A stretch of DNA of 64,000 nucleotides from Dehalococcoidia bacterium (GCA_963667465.2 CAXXDN010000002.1:1248001-1312000); one strand, 5' to 3'; shown: positions 38,569 to 49,208, numbered from the stretch's first letter. Program-made: numbers and translations. Notes: generated from the letters alone by a model not told the origin.

Positions 38569-39184
38569 CGCCCGCGCGCGGCGCGCCACCCTGCCCGAGC
38601 TTGGGCTCCACGCCGGCCAACAGGCGCCGGATGTTGCCGATGTGCCCGAGCTCGATCGAGGCAGTCACCGCGAAGGCGAACAGCAGGTAGTGAACGGGTA
38701 GCCAGCCGGCGACGACAAGGGCGACCACCGAGGCACACCCCGCCGCCGTGGCGGTGATTGTCGTCAGCGAGGCGTAGCGCGTCGCCGCCAGCGCGATCGC
38801 CGCGCAGACGATGAGGACCACGCCGGCGATCGGCGCGATTACGGCGAAGGCGCCGAACGCCGTCGCCGCCCCCCGGCCGCCGCGGAAGCGGGCGAAGATC
38901 GGGAACATGTGACCGGCCACCGCGGCCACGCCGCCGAGCGCGACCGCCCACGGGTCGTCAAAGACGAAACGCCCGATCAGCACGGGTATGGCGCCCTTCG
39001 CGATGTCCGCGGTGATGACGATCAGCGCGGCGCCCCAGCCGAGCGAGCGCAGGGTGTTGGTGAAGCCCGTCTTGCCGGAGCCGTAGTCGCGCACGTCCAC
39101 CCCTCGGTAGATCCGTCCGACGAGCACGCCGAACGGGATCGACCCGATGAGGTAGCCAATCAGGACGAGCAGTGCGGCAATCAC
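38561..39184 (-). CDS. plsY: Glycerol-3-phosphate acyltransferase PlsY
   Basis: GYLIGSIP, GSGKTGFTN, GH.FP...GG.G.AT, H..NI.RL..G.E. Confidence 0.93.
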   Translation of the reverse strand: MIAALLVLIGYLIGSIPFGVLVGRIYRGVDVRDYGSGKTGFTNTLRSLGWGAALIVITADIAKGAIPVLIGRFVFDDPWAVALGGVAAVAGHMFPIFARFRGGRGAATAFGAFAVIAPIAGVVLIVCAAIALAATRYASLTTITATAAGCASVVALVVAGWLPVHYLLFAFAVTASIELGHIGNIRRLLAGVEPKLGQGGAPRAGGA

Positions 39185-40533
39185 GCCAACGCCTCCACCT
39201 GGTCCGGGCTGCGGCTGCGGAAGCGCATCCGGATCGCGGTGCCTTCGAACCCGAAGGCGTCCCGGATGCGATTCTCCAGGAACCGACGATAAGCGAAATG
39301 AAGCAGATCTGGATCATTCACGAAGAAGACGAACGTAGGCGGCTCCACCTCGGCCTGCGTCACGTAGAGCACCTTAAGCCGTCGCTGCCCCTGGTAGCGC
39401 GGCGGCTGCTGCGCCACCGCGCGCAGCAGCACGCGATTCAGCTCCGAGGTCTGCACACGCCGCCGCCGCACCTCCTGCACGTGGATCGCGAGCTGCAACA
39501 GCTCCGCGATGCCGTCGCCGGTCAGCGCCGAGATGAAGTGGACCGGAGCCCACGGCGCGAAGCGGTAGCGGCGATCGATCCGCTTGGCGAACTGGTGGCG
39601 GTCGGTGCCGGGCTCGGCGAGATCCCACTTGTTGACGGCGAGCAGCAGCCCCGTGCCGCGCTCGATCGCACGCCCGGCGATATGCGAATCCTGCGCGGCG
39701 ATCGGCTCTGAGGGATCGATCAGCAACACGACCACGTCGGCGCGCGCGATCGCGCCCTCTGCTTGCTGCACGGAGTGGCGCTCCGCCCCGCGGCCGATCT
39801 TGCCGCGACGGCGGATGCCGGCCGTGTCGATCAGCACCATCGCTCGCCCTTCCCAGCCGAACGGGGAATCGATGGCGTCGCGCGTCGCGCCGGGCACCTC
39901 GGAGACGATCACCCGCTCCTCGCCGAGGATCGCGTTCACGAGCGAGGACTTGCCGACGTTGGGCCGCCCGACGATCGCGATCCGCAGCGGGCGGTCGCCG
40001 TCCTCGGCGGCGGCGGGCTCGTCCGGCGCCTCCGGCAGCGCAGCGAAGACGAGGTCGAGCAGGTCGCCGATGCCCTCGGCGTGGTAGGCGGAGATCAGCA
40101 GCGGATCGCCGAGGCCGAGCGCGTGCGCCTCGTGCACGTTCGCCCGCGCCTCGCGGCGGTCGCTCTTGTTGGCGACGACGATCGTGGGCCGCCCGGCGCG
40201 GCGCAGCTGCTCGGCGATCGCGTGGTCCGCCGCGGTCAGCGCGTTCGCTGCGTCGACCACGAACAGCAGCAGGCCGGCCTCGGAGAGCGCCTGCCCCACC
40301 TGCTCGCGGATCGGCGTGTCGAAGGGGTCGTCCTCGGGGCCTTCGAGGCCGCCGGTATCGACGACGCGGAACTCGCGGCCGCGCCAGTGGCAGACGCCGT
40401 ACTGGCGATCGCGCGTGGTGCCGGGAAGGCGCTCGACGAGCGCGCGGCGTGAGCGCGTCAGCCGGTTGAACAGCGCCGACTTGCCGACGTTGGGGCGGCC
40501 GATGATCGCGACCAGGGGTGCGTCTCGGGTCAT
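39181..40533 (-). CDS. der: Ribosome biogenesis GTPase Der
   Basis: Two GRPNVGKS P-loops, DTGG/DTAG, NKSD/NKWD, KH-like C-terminus. Confidence 0.96.
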   Translation of the reverse strand: MTRDAPLVAIIGRPNVGKSALFNRLTRSRRALVERLPGTTRDRQYGVCHWRGREFRVVDTGGLEGPEDDPFDTPIREQVGQALSEAGLLLFVVDAANALTAADHAIAEQLRRAGRPTIVVANKSDRREARANVHEAHALGLGDPLLISAYHAEGIGDLLDLVFAALPEAPDEPAAAEDGDRPLRIAIVGRPNVGKSSLVNAILGEERVIVSEVPGATRDAIDSPFGWEGRAMVLIDTAGIRRRGKIGRGAERHSVQQAEGAIARADVVVLLIDPSEPIAAQDSHIAGRAIERGTGLLLAVNKWDLAEPGTDRHQFAKRIDRRYRFAPWAPVHFISALTGDGIAELLQLAIHVQEVRRRRVQTSELNRVLLRAVAQQPPRYQGQRRLKVLYVTQAEVEPPTFVFFVNDPDLLHFAYRRFLENRIRDAFGFEGTAIRMRFRSRSPDQVEALA

Positions 40534-41867
40534 TCGGAGCTCTCCGCGGTAGCTTCCGGAGACGCCGTCGGTGTTGGAGTCGGAGTCGGCGTGGCGATCT
40601 CCCGAAGCGTAAGCTCAAGCTGCCGGGGCCGCACCTCGCTCACTCGCACCCCCGGCGGCGCCTCGACGACCACAGTGACCAGCGACACGCCCGGCCTCCG
40701 TCCGCTCGCATCGACCTCGGCGAGGATGTCGCCGGGGTCGAGGGCGTTGAGGACCGGGAGGTCGCCCTCCACCACGACGGTGATCACAAGCTGGCCGAGG
40801 GAGCCCTTCAGTCCGCTGGGAATCCCGACCAGCCTCGGCACGATCGGGACGGCGACCGAGCCCCGGATCGGCGCGATGGAGACGATGATGTCGACTTCCT
40901 CGCCGGACAGGGCGCTCACGCCGGGCGGCAGGCTCGGCGAGCGCGCGACGCTCAGGTTCGCGCGCGCGCCGTCGAGCAGCACCTGACCCAGCGAGAGGCT
41001 GTCGATGGTCTGGAGCACGTCGAAGCTGCCCTCGACATCGAAGACGCCGGGCTGAATCTGGACATCTTCGACGCGGTAACCGGGCGCCGGCTGCCCGAGC
41101 AACTCAACTCCGAGCGGTACGGTGCGGGTGAGCACCGTCTGCTCGATGGCCACGTCGATTTGGACGTTGGGCGGATCGATCGTGACGCCCCGGATCTCCC
41201 CGCCGCCGGCTCCGCGGGAGACGAGCCGGAGGGATTGCGAGATCCCGACGGTCAGCCCCGTGACGTTGATGTCCGCGCCAGCGCTGACCACGAGGTCGAC
41301 AAGCGACTCGGGTCCGGAGACCTCGACGTTGGCGGGCTCGGGCACCGCCTCGCCGGCGGCGAAGCCGCGGGGCAGCGCTCCGACGATGCGCGCGTCGACC
41401 GGCACCCGGCGCGTCACGATCTGCTCGAGGTTCACGAGGATCGCCGGGGGCTCCACGCTGATGACGCGGACGCCGCGCGCGTCGTTCACCTCGACGCGCA
41501 CGGGGACGGTCTGCTCGCGCGCGCTGAGGCCGTTCAGGTCGACGATGGCGCGGAAGTTGGCGCTGGTCAGGCTGTCCCAGCGCTCGTCGGGCGCCGCGAT
41601 GCGGATGCTGGCGGACGGCAACGCGTTGGCCACGGCGACCTCGCGCCCGACGTTGACGGCAACGACCTCGATTGGGGCGGGGAGCAGCCCGCTGCGGGTC
41701 GGGTTCTCCTCCTCGGTGACCAGGATCCAGATCGCAACCCCGAGTACGAAGGAGATCAGCAGCAAGCGCGGCGTTTCGCGCACCGCGCCCAGGCTGCGTC
41801 GCCAGAAGGTCGCGAGCATCTCCCGAAGATCGGTGAGGAGCGACCGCCGAAGGTTCGAGAACGCCAT
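40530..41867 (-). CDS. cdaR: YbbR-repeat CdaA regulator
   Basis: N-terminal transmembrane helix, repeated beta-rich P..V.V.G units, directly downstream of cdaA. Confidence 0.8.
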   Translation of the reverse strand: MAFSNLRRSLLTDLREMLATFWRRSLGAVRETPRLLLISFVLGVAIWILVTEEENPTRSGLLPAPIEVVAVNVGREVAVANALPSASIRIAAPDERWDSLTSANFRAIVDLNGLSAREQTVPVRVEVNDARGVRVISVEPPAILVNLEQIVTRRVPVDARIVGALPRGFAAGEAVPEPANVEVSGPESLVDLVVSAGADINVTGLTVGISQSLRLVSRGAGGGEIRGVTIDPPNVQIDVAIEQTVLTRTVPLGVELLGQPAPGYRVEDVQIQPGVFDVEGSFDVLQTIDSLSLGQVLLDGARANLSVARSPSLPPGVSALSGEEVDIIVSIAPIRGSVAVPIVPRLVGIPSGLKGSLGQLVITVVVEGDLPVLNALDPGDILAEVDASGRRPGVSLVTVVVEAPPGVRVSEVRPRQLELTLREIATPTPTPTPTASPEATAESSE

Positions 41868-41868
41868 C

Positions 41869-42708
41869 TCAGGACGCCTCGCTGCGCGGCGCGGCGCCAC
41901 CCTGCAACGGAAGCTCGCCCGCGGAGCCCTCGCCCGTCAGATCGAACAGCCGGCGCAGCTGCGGGCGCAGGCGCTCCTCGTCCACGTCCGTGAGCATCCG
42001 CCCCTGCGAGGCCAGCGAGATTGAGCCGCTCTCCTCGGAGACGGTGAGCACGACTGCGTCACTGCCCTCGGTGATGCCGAGGGCAGCGCGATGCCGCATA
42101 CCGAGGTCTGCCGGGAGCGGCGCCTCAGAGAGCGGCAGCGTGCAGCCGGCGGCGACGATCCGGTCCGAACGCACGATCACCGCGCCGTCGTGCAACGGCG
42201 TGCCGGGCGCGAAGATGCTGCCGAGGATCTCCGGCGTCAGCTCGGAACCAAGTGGCACGCCGGTGTCGATCACCTCCTGCAGCCCGGTCTCGCGCTCCAT
42301 CACGACGAGGGCGCCGTGGCGCTGCCGCGAGAGTCGCAGCGCCGAGCGCACGACGTGCTCGATGCTCTGCTCCTGCTGCGCGCGGACGAGCGAGGGCCGC
42401 CAGCCGGTGCGCCCCAGCCGCTCGAGGGCGCGGCGGATCTCTGGATGGAAGACGATGATCACGCCGATCACGAGACCGGTGATCGTGCGCTCCAGGATCC
42501 AGTTGACGACGCTCAGGTCGAAGATCCGGGCCAGCAGGAACGCGCCGAAGAGCAGCACGGAGACGCCGCGCAGCACGGTCATCGCCGTGGTGCCGCGCAG
42601 CAACAGCAGCAGCCAGTAGATCGCCGCCGTGATCAACAGGACGTCGAGCACGGCGCCCGCGTCGAGGCGTCCGGCGACATCGCGCACGCCGTCCGGGATT
42701 TCCGGCAC
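41869..42708 (-). CDS. cdaA: Diadenylate cyclase CdaA
   Basis: Three N-terminal transmembrane helices, PEIRRALE, PLHDGA, GMRHRAA, VSEE. Confidence 0.93.
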   Translation of the reverse strand: MPEIPDGVRDVAGRLDAGAVLDVLLITAAIYWLLLLLRGTTAMTVLRGVSVLLFGAFLLARIFDLSVVNWILERTITGLVIGVIIVFHPEIRRALERLGRTGWRPSLVRAQQEQSIEHVVRSALRLSRQRHGALVVMERETGLQEVIDTGVPLGSELTPEILGSIFAPGTPLHDGAVIVRSDRIVAAGCTLPLSEAPLPADLGMRHRAALGITEGSDAVVLTVSEESGSISLASQGRMLTDVDEERLRPQLRRLFDLTGEGSAGELPLQGGAAPRSEAS

Positions 42709-42774
42709 CTGGACGCCTCCTCTTCAGTGGACCGCGCGTGCCGGGGAAGGTGTGGTGCTCCCCGCAGCCCGGGA

Positions 42775-43692
42775 TCAGCCGGCGCTGCCGCCCAAGAGCC
42801 AGGCGAGCACCGCCTGCTGCATGTGCAAACGGTTCTCCGCCTGATCGAAGATCACCGAACGCGGCGACTCCATCACGCCGGCGCTGATTTCCTCGCCGCG
42901 ATGCGCCGGCATGTCGTGCATCACCAGCGCGTCCGGCGGAGCGGACTCGAGCAGCGCCTCGTCGAGGCGGAACGCCGCGAATGCCTCGATCCGGCTCTGC
43001 AGCTTGTCCTCGTCGCCCATCGAGGCCCACACGTCCGTGTAGACGGCGGCGACATCCGCGACCGCCGCCTCGGGATCACTGAAGCGCTCGACGCTGCCGC
43101 CCCCGGCAGCCGCGTGTGCGCGATCGAGGTCGGCGTCGCTCAGCGCGTAGCCCTCGGGCGAGGCGCAGCGCAGCTCGATGCCGGCCAGCACGCTCGCGTA
43201 GGCGAGCGCACGCGCGACGTTGTTGCCCTCCCCGAGGTAGGCGACCTTCAGGCCGCGCAGCGTCGAGAAGCGCTCGCGCAGCGTCAGCAGGTCGGCGAGC
43301 GCCTGGCAGGGATGCTCACGGTCGCTGAGGGCGTTGATCACCGGCACGCCGGCCCACTCCGCGAACTCGACGACCGTCTCATGCGAGTAGGTGCGCGCGG
43401 CGATGCCGTGCGTCATGCGCCCCAGCACCCGAGCGATGTCGCGCACCGGCTCGCGCTCGCCGGGGCCGATCTCCTGCGGGCCAAGGTAGATCGCGCGCCC
43501 GCCGAGGCGCTGCATCGCGACCTCGAAGGAGACACGCGTACGCAGCGAGGGCTTCTCGAAGACCAGCGCCAGCGACTGGCCCGCGAGCACGGGCCCGCAG
43601 CCGTCGCGCTTGATCGCGAGTGCCGCGTCAAGCAGATCGCCGAGTTCCCCCGGCGAGAGATCGAGGATCGAGGAAAGATGGCGGGGAGTCAC
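42775..43692 (-). CDS. argF: Ornithine carbamoyltransferase (family member)
   Basis: FEKPSLRT, HPCQ, DVWASMG, HDMP, QAENR. Confidence 0.85.
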   Translation of the reverse strand: MTPRHLSSILDLSPGELGDLLDAALAIKRDGCGPVLAGQSLALVFEKPSLRTRVSFEVAMQRLGGRAIYLGPQEIGPGEREPVRDIARVLGRMTHGIAARTYSHETVVEFAEWAGVPVINALSDREHPCQALADLLTLRERFSTLRGLKVAYLGEGNNVARALAYASVLAGIELRCASPEGYALSDADLDRAHAAAGGGSVERFSDPEAAVADVAAVYTDVWASMGDEDKLQSRIEAFAAFRLDEALLESAPPDALVMHDMPAHRGEEISAGVMESPRSVIFDQAENRLHMQQAVLAWLLGGSAG

Positions 43693-43735
43693 CGCTAGCT
43701 CCTGCTGTCCGGTGTGATTCGGTGGGTCGGCTGCC

Positions 43736-43757
43736 GTCCAGTATATGTCCAGTATAT
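43736..43757. promoter_or_regulatory. Tandem 11-bp direct repeat GTCCAGTATAT upstream of argF, containing two TATACT boxes on the minus strand
   Basis: Exact duplication 43736-43746 / 43747-43757. Confidence 0.5.
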
Positions 43758-43821
43758 GCCGTCGAGCGGCTCGGACAGTATGCCGCGAAGGGACAAGACG
43801 CGCCGGCAGCGCTCGCGGGGT

Positions 43822-45150
43822 CTAGGCCGGAGCTTCGCCGGGGAACGCGGGTGGCGGGAGCAGATCGGCGACGGCGTTCGCCAGCTCCAGCAGCGACTGG
43901 TCGCCGCCGTGCCGGCCGACGAGCTGGACGCCGACCGGCAGGCCGCCCTCGCCCGCCCCGGCCGGGAGGGCGACGCAGGGCAAACGCAGCAGCGTCCAGA
44001 CGCGGTTGCAGAGCGGGTCGCCCGTCGTCGCGATGCCCGCCGGGGCCTCGCCGGGCGCGCTCGGCGTGAGGAAGGCGTCGAACTGCGCGAAGGTCTCGCT
44101 GACCGCCGCGCGGCAGTGCAGGGCCAGCGACTCGGCCGCGCTACGCTCGGCGGCGCCGAGGGCGTGCCCGCGTTCGATCAGCTCGCGCAGCGCGGAGCTG
44201 AGGCCGTCGCGCCGATCGCGGTACTCGGTTGCGAACGCGCTCGCCGCACCCGCAGCGACGATCACGTCCCAGGCATCGCCCAGCCCGTCGCACTCCGCCG
44301 GAAGATCGAGGTCGGAGACCTGTCCACCTGCGGCGGCGATCGTCGCGGCCGTCTCCTCGATGGCGCGCTGCCCGGTCGGCGAGACGCGCCCCCACTCCGG
44401 CGTGCGCACCACGCCGATGCGCAGCGGCTGCGTGGGCGGCTCCAGCGCCGCGGACTGCGTGGTGCTGAGCACCGCGCCGACGAGCGCGAGGTCCTCGATG
44501 CTGCGCGCGAACCAGCCGACCGTGTCGAGCGCGGTGGCCAGCGGGTGAACGCCGTCGCTGTTGACGAAGCCGTAGGTCGGCTTGAACGCAAAGATGCCGC
44601 AGAAGGCAGCCGGCCGAATCGTCGAACCGCCAGTCTGGGAGCCGAGGGCGATCGGAACCATGCCATCGGCGACGGCCGCCGCGGAACCGCTCGACGATCC
44701 GCCGGGGGTGTGCGCGGGCTGGTGCGGATTGCGCGTTGGGCCGGGCGTGCGGAAGGCGAACTCGGTGGTGACGGTCTTGCCGAGGACCAGCGCACCGGCC
44801 TCGCGCAGCGCTGCGACCGCGCCGCAGTCGCGCGCGGCCTGGTGGTCCTCGTAGAGCGGCGAGCCGTACCGGGTCGGTAGCTCGGCGGTGTCGAAGATGT
44901 CCTTCACGCCGAACGGCACGCCGTGCAGCGGACCGGCCGGCGTGGCTGCGTCGGCCGCCCGCGCGCGCTCGAGGGCGTCGTCCGGATCGATCGCCGCCCA
45001 GGCGCGGATCAGCGGCTCGCGCTCCTCGGTGCGTGCGAGGCAGGCGCGTACAAGCGCCTCGGAGGTCAGCGAGCCCTCCGCGATGCGCCGCGCGGCCTCG
45101 CTCGCGGTGAGGTGGACGGGGTCACTGCTGTGGTCGTTCGGTGTTGTCAC
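43822..45150 (-). CDS. Amidase-signature family amidase
   Basis: GVKD, GKT.TTEF, TPGGSSSGS, SQTGGS.IRPA. Confidence 0.92.
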   Translation of the reverse strand: MTTPNDHSSDPVHLTASEAARRIAEGSLTSEALVRACLARTEEREPLIRAWAAIDPDDALERARAADAATPAGPLHGVPFGVKDIFDTAELPTRYGSPLYEDHQAARDCGAVAALREAGALVLGKTVTTEFAFRTPGPTRNPHQPAHTPGGSSSGSAAAVADGMVPIALGSQTGGSTIRPAAFCGIFAFKPTYGFVNSDGVHPLATALDTVGWFARSIEDLALVGAVLSTTQSAALEPPTQPLRIGVVRTPEWGRVSPTGQRAIEETAATIAAAGGQVSDLDLPAECDGLGDAWDVIVAAGAASAFATEYRDRRDGLSSALRELIERGHALGAAERSAAESLALHCRAAVSETFAQFDAFLTPSAPGEAPAGIATTGDPLCNRVWTLLRLPCVALPAGAGEGGLPVGVQLVGRHGGDQSLLELANAVADLLPPPAFPGEAPA

Positions 45151-45252
45151 GGGTCGGGGCTCCTCCGGCGCGGCGCTCACGTTATGCTACGCGCCGCCGC
45201 GCCCTGCAGGCAGGCGCGCGAGGCATCCCGCACGCAGCGGAGGGGATGAACC

Positions 45253-45549
45253 ATGGCCCAACGGCGGATCCCGCGCCCGTTCAATCTGCTCTGGGGCGGC
45301 GGCAGGATCGTCGAGGAGGCGTCGATCGAGGGCGGCCTCCACGCGCCCTCGCTGCAACTGATGCGCTACGAGACCGGCGAGAAGGCCGGCCAGTTGGCGA
45401 TCCGCTTCGCCGCCTACGACCCCGAGGGGGAACTTGAACGGCGCCCCTTGATCATCAACGAGCGCGAGCTGCGGCCGCTTCGCAAGGAGCTGGATCGCTC
45501 GCCACGGCTCAAGGCGCTGTTGCGCCAGTTGATCGAGGACGACGAGTAG
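45253..45549 (+). CDS. Hypothetical protein (98 aa)
   Basis: GGAGGGG SD, TATGCT box upstream, codon usage like neighbours. Confidence 0.65.
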   Translation: MAQRRIPRPFNLLWGGGRIVEEASIEGGLHAPSLQLMRYETGEKAGQLAIRFAAYDPEGELERRPLIINERELRPLRKELDRSPRLKALLRQLIEDDE

Positions 45550-45566
45550 CCGGCGCACTCGAGCGC

Positions 45567-46115
45567 GTGTTGCACCTCCACCAGCTTCGTGGGCTGCCAG
45601 GCGCCCGCGCCGCCCTCCAGATCGCGCTCGGCCTTGCGATCGTCGCGGCGCTCGCCGTTCTCGCGCTGCGCTCGGGAGACACGCGCGGCATCGAGATCGA
45701 GCGGCGCGATCCGAGCCCCGGCGTCGATGAGATCCGGGTCGACGTCTCGGGCGCGGTGTTGCAGCCGCAGGTGGTCGTCGCCTCGCCCGGTGACCGTGTC
45801 GCCGACGCAATCGCCCTCGCCGGCGGGCTCGTCGCGGACGCCGACACCGCCCCGCTCAACCTCTCGCGCCGCGTCGTCGACGAGGACGCCGTGCGTGTGC
45901 CGAGGATCGGCGAGGCCGTGGCGCTGCTCGACGTGAACAGCGCCACGCGCGTGGACCTCGAGGCGCTCCCCGGCATCGGTGCTGCCTACGCGGCGGCGAT
46001 CGTCGCGGAGCGCGAGCGCGCCGGCCCGTACGAGACGACGGACGACCTCACCGCGCGCGGCGCGATCCCGGAGCACGTCTACGAGGGCATCCGCGACATG
46101 GTCACGGCGCGATGA
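45567..46115 (+). CDS. comEA: Competence DNA receptor ComEA
   Basis: Transmembrane helix, SLBB-like VDVSGAV..P, DVNSAT..L..LPGIG HhH. Confidence 0.88.
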   Translation: MLHLHQLRGLPGARAALQIALGLAIVAALAVLALRSGDTRGIEIERRDPSPGVDEIRVDVSGAVLQPQVVVASPGDRVADAIALAGGLVADADTAPLNLSRRVVDEDAVRVPRIGEAVALLDVNSATRVDLEALPGIGAAYAAAIVAERERAGPYETTDDLTARGAIPEHVYEGIRDMVTAR

Positions 46116-48424
46116 CGGAGCGCGTTCCCGCCCTTCCGCTGGCGGCGGCGGCGTTCATCGTCGGCTCCATCGGCGGAGTGCTGGTCGGCGGGCCATGGCC
46201 GCTGATGCTGCTGGCCGCGCTTGCCATCGCCTCGGCCGCCGTGCTGCTGCACCGCGGGTGGGGCAGCCGCACGCTGCTCGTGCTGCTCGCCGTCGCCGCG
46301 CTCGCCGCGGCCGGCCACGCGCGGGGCAGCGAGGCCGACGCGACGCCGCCGCCGCCCCTCGCCAGCCTCGAGGGCGTGCACGAGATCACGGGCGTGGTGC
46401 GCTCCGACCCGCGGTTGTCGGGCGCGATCACGCGCATCGATCTGCGCGTCGAGTCGATCGGCGGCGCGGCGGCCGAGGGCGGCCTGCGGCTCACCCTGCC
46501 GACGCCGCGACAGCCGCTACGGGCGGGCGACCGCATCGCGGCGAGGGTCGAGGTCGAGCGTCCCGGCGCGTTCGAGGAGTTCGACTACGCAGCGTTCCTG
46601 CGCAGCCGCGGCATCCACGCCATCGCCGCCTACCCGGAGCGCTGGACGCTGCTCGAACGCGACGCCGAGCACGCGCTGGTCGACGCGCTGCGCGGGCTGC
46701 GGCGCTGGGCGCTCGGCAACATCGAGCGCGCCCTGCCGGAGCCGGAGGCGTCGCTGGCGGCGGGCATGCTGCTCGGACGGCAGCGGACGATGCCCGCGGG
46801 CCTCGAGGAGGACCTGCGCCGCACCGGCACGACGCACCTGCTGGTGGTCTCCGGGCAGAACATCGCGCTGCTCCTCGGGACGGCCGTCGGGCTGCTGAGC
46901 GCGGTCGTCGCGAGGCGGCAGGCGGCGCTGATCGCGCTGGCGCTGCTGCCCGGCTACGTGGTGCTCACGGGCGCCGAGCCTCCGGTGGTGCGAGCAGCAA
47001 TCATGGCCGTCGGCATCGCGATCGCCGCGCTCTCGGGGAGGCGCACGCCCGCCTGGATCTACCTGCTCTACGCGCTCGCGCTGATGCTCGCGCTGCGGCC
47101 GCTGCTGATTCGCGACGTCGCCTTCCAACTCAGTGCGACGGCGACCGCCGGCGTGCTGCTGCTCGCACCGCCGCTGCGTGACCGCGCCCTCGCGCGCCTC
47201 GGCGTCGCGCCGTCCGGCCTTGCGACCGGATTCGTCGAGGGCGCCGCGGTCGCCGTCGGCGCCTCGCTCGCGGTACTGCCGGTGCAAGCCGCCGCCTTCG
47301 GGACGCTGCCGCTGCTGCAGGCGCCCGCCAACGTCGTCGTCGCGCCGCTCTACGAGGCGACGGTGCTGGTCGCCGTGATCGCGGCGCTGTTCGGCTGGCT
47401 CGCTCCCGTCGCGCGGTTCGTCGAGGTCGCCGGCGTGTTCGCGCCGGCCGCCTTCGTCGCCGCCGTCGAGGCGCTGGCGGCGTTGCCGCTCTCAATGGTG
47501 GAGCTACGGCCGCCGCCCCTTGCGGCCGCGGGCTGGTTCGCGCTGCTCGGCGGCCTCGTCTGGCTGCTCAATCGCGGGACGACGCAGATCTCGCTGCCGG
47601 GGCAGCGAGCGCGCCTCGCTGCGCCGGTCGCGCTCGCGGCGGCCGCCGTGGGGCTCTGGCTGGCGGTGCTCACGCCCCCGGACGGGCTGGCGAGCGTAAC
47701 CGTGCTCGACGTCGGGCAGGGGTCGGCGATCCTCGTGCGCGACGGCGGGGCGGCCGTGCTGGTGGACACCGGTCCGGGCGACGGCGCGGTGCTGACTGCG
47801 TTGCCGCGCGCCCTCGAGGGCCGCAGTCTCGACGCCATACTGCTTACGCACGGCGACAGCGACCACTCCGGCGGGCTCGCCGAGCTGGAGCGCCGCCTCC
47901 GCGTCGGCGTGTTGCTCGCCAGCGAGGGCACGCTTGCCGTCGTCGCTCCGGAGGGCGCCTCGGCGGGGACACAGGCACTCGACATCGGCGACCGCATCCG
48001 GCTCAGTGAGCGGACCTCGATCGCGGTGCTCTCGCCGCCGGTCGTCACGGGCGGGCGTGAGCACCGCGGCCCCAACAACCGCTCGCTCGTGCTGCTCGTG
48101 ACTATCGGCGAGCGGCGGATCCTGCTGCCCGCGGACATCGAGGCGCCCGCCGAGCAGTGGCTGGCCTCGAGCGGGCAGGATCTGCGAGCAGACGCGCTGG
48201 TGCTCCCGCACCACGGCTCGCGCACCTCGTCGAGCGCGGTCTTCATCGCAGCGGTCGAGCCGCGGGTCGCGATCGCCTCGGTCGGTGCGCGCAACCCGCA
48301 CGGCCATCCGCACGCGGATGTGGTCGCGCGCTACGCGGGGATCGCGCTCTTCCGCACCGACGAACACGGCGACGTGACGTTGCGCTCCGACGGCGAACGG
48401 CTCTGGGTACGGAGCTCGCGCTGA
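46112..48424 (+). CDS. comEC: DNA uptake channel ComEC/Rec2
   Basis: HLLVVSGQN, VVRAAIM, FQLS, LDVGQG, THGDSDH, PHHGS beta-lactamase domain. Confidence 0.93.
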   Translation: MTERVPALPLAAAAFIVGSIGGVLVGGPWPLMLLAALAIASAAVLLHRGWGSRTLLVLLAVAALAAAGHARGSEADATPPPPLASLEGVHEITGVVRSDPRLSGAITRIDLRVESIGGAAAEGGLRLTLPTPRQPLRAGDRIAARVEVERPGAFEEFDYAAFLRSRGIHAIAAYPERWTLLERDAEHALVDALRGLRRWALGNIERALPEPEASLAAGMLLGRQRTMPAGLEEDLRRTGTTHLLVVSGQNIALLLGTAVGLLSAVVARRQAALIALALLPGYVVLTGAEPPVVRAAIMAVGIAIAALSGRRTPAWIYLLYALALMLALRPLLIRDVAFQLSATATAGVLLLAPPLRDRALARLGVAPSGLATGFVEGAAVAVGASLAVLPVQAAAFGTLPLLQAPANVVVAPLYEATVLVAVIAALFGWLAPVARFVEVAGVFAPAAFVAAVEALAALPLSMVELRPPPLAAAGWFALLGGLVWLLNRGTTQISLPGQRARLAAPVALAAAAVGLWLAVLTPPDGLASVTVLDVGQGSAILVRDGGAAVLVDTGPGDGAVLTALPRALEGRSLDAILLTHGDSDHSGGLAELERRLRVGVLLASEGTLAVVAPEGASAGTQALDIGDRIRLSERTSIAVLSPPVVTGGREHRGPNNRSLVLLVTIGERRILLPADIEAPAEQWLASSGQDLRADALVLPHHGSRTSSSAVFIAAVEPRVAIASVGARNPHGHPHADVVARYAGIALFRTDEHGDVTLRSDGERLWVRSSR

Positions 48425-48467
48425 TCGCGTGCTAGGGTGAATCGAAGGCAACGAGCGGGGGCCAGCG

Positions 48468-49208
48468 ATGGTCAGTCGGCGGCACGGGCGCGGCCTCGAG
48501 GAACTGCGGTCGCTCACGATCGAGACCGGCGTGCTGCGGCACGCCGAGGGCTCCGCGCTGATCTCGATGGGCGATACGCGCGTGCTCTGCGCGGCGAGCG
48601 TCGAGCCCGGCGTACCGCGCTGGCTTCGAGGCACCGGCTCCGGTTGGGTGACCGCGGAGTACGGGATGCTGCCGCGCGCGACGCACACGCGCGGCCGCCG
48701 CGAGGCGCGCGAGGGCAGGCAGAGCGGACGCTCGCAGGAGATCCAGCGCCTGATCGGCCGCTCGCTGCGCGCGGCGCTGGACCTCGACCGCCTCGGCGAG
48801 CAGACGATCACCGTCGATTGCGACGTCATCCAGGCCGACGGCGGCACCCGCTGCGCGGCGGTCACCGGCGGCTGGGTCGCGCTGGCGCTGGCGGTCGACT
48901 GGCTCGACCGTGGCGGCGCAATCGCCGCCTCGCCGCTGACGACGCAGGTCGCTGCGATCTCGGTCGGCCTCAGCGGGGGGAGCGCGCTGCTCGACCTCGA
49001 CTACGACGAGGATTCGAGCGCGGAGACGGACTTCAACGTCGTGCAGCTCGGCACCGGCAAGCTCGTCGAGGTGCAGGGCACGGCCGAGCGCGCGCCGTTC
49101 TCCCGCGGCGACCTCGATCGCGTCGTCGCGGTCGCAACGGAGGGCATCGCGGAGCTGTTCGAGGCGCAACGCGAGGCGGTCGCCGCGGAGCGCGCGGCTC
49201 AGCGCTGA
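48468..49208 (+). CDS. rph: Ribonuclease PH
   Basis: [41 protein letters not shown]. Confidence 0.96.
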   Translation: MVSRRHGRGLEELRSLTIETGVLRHAEGSALISMGDTRVLCAASVEPGVPRWLRGTGSGWVTAEYGMLPRATHTRGRREAREGRQSGRSQEIQRLIGRSLRAALDLDRLGEQTITVDCDVIQADGGTRCAAVTGGWVALALAVDWLDRGGAIAASPLTTQVAAISVGLSGGSALLDLDYDEDSSAETDFNVVQLGTGKLVEVQGTAERAPFSRGDLDRVVAVATEGIAELFEAQREAVAAERAAQR

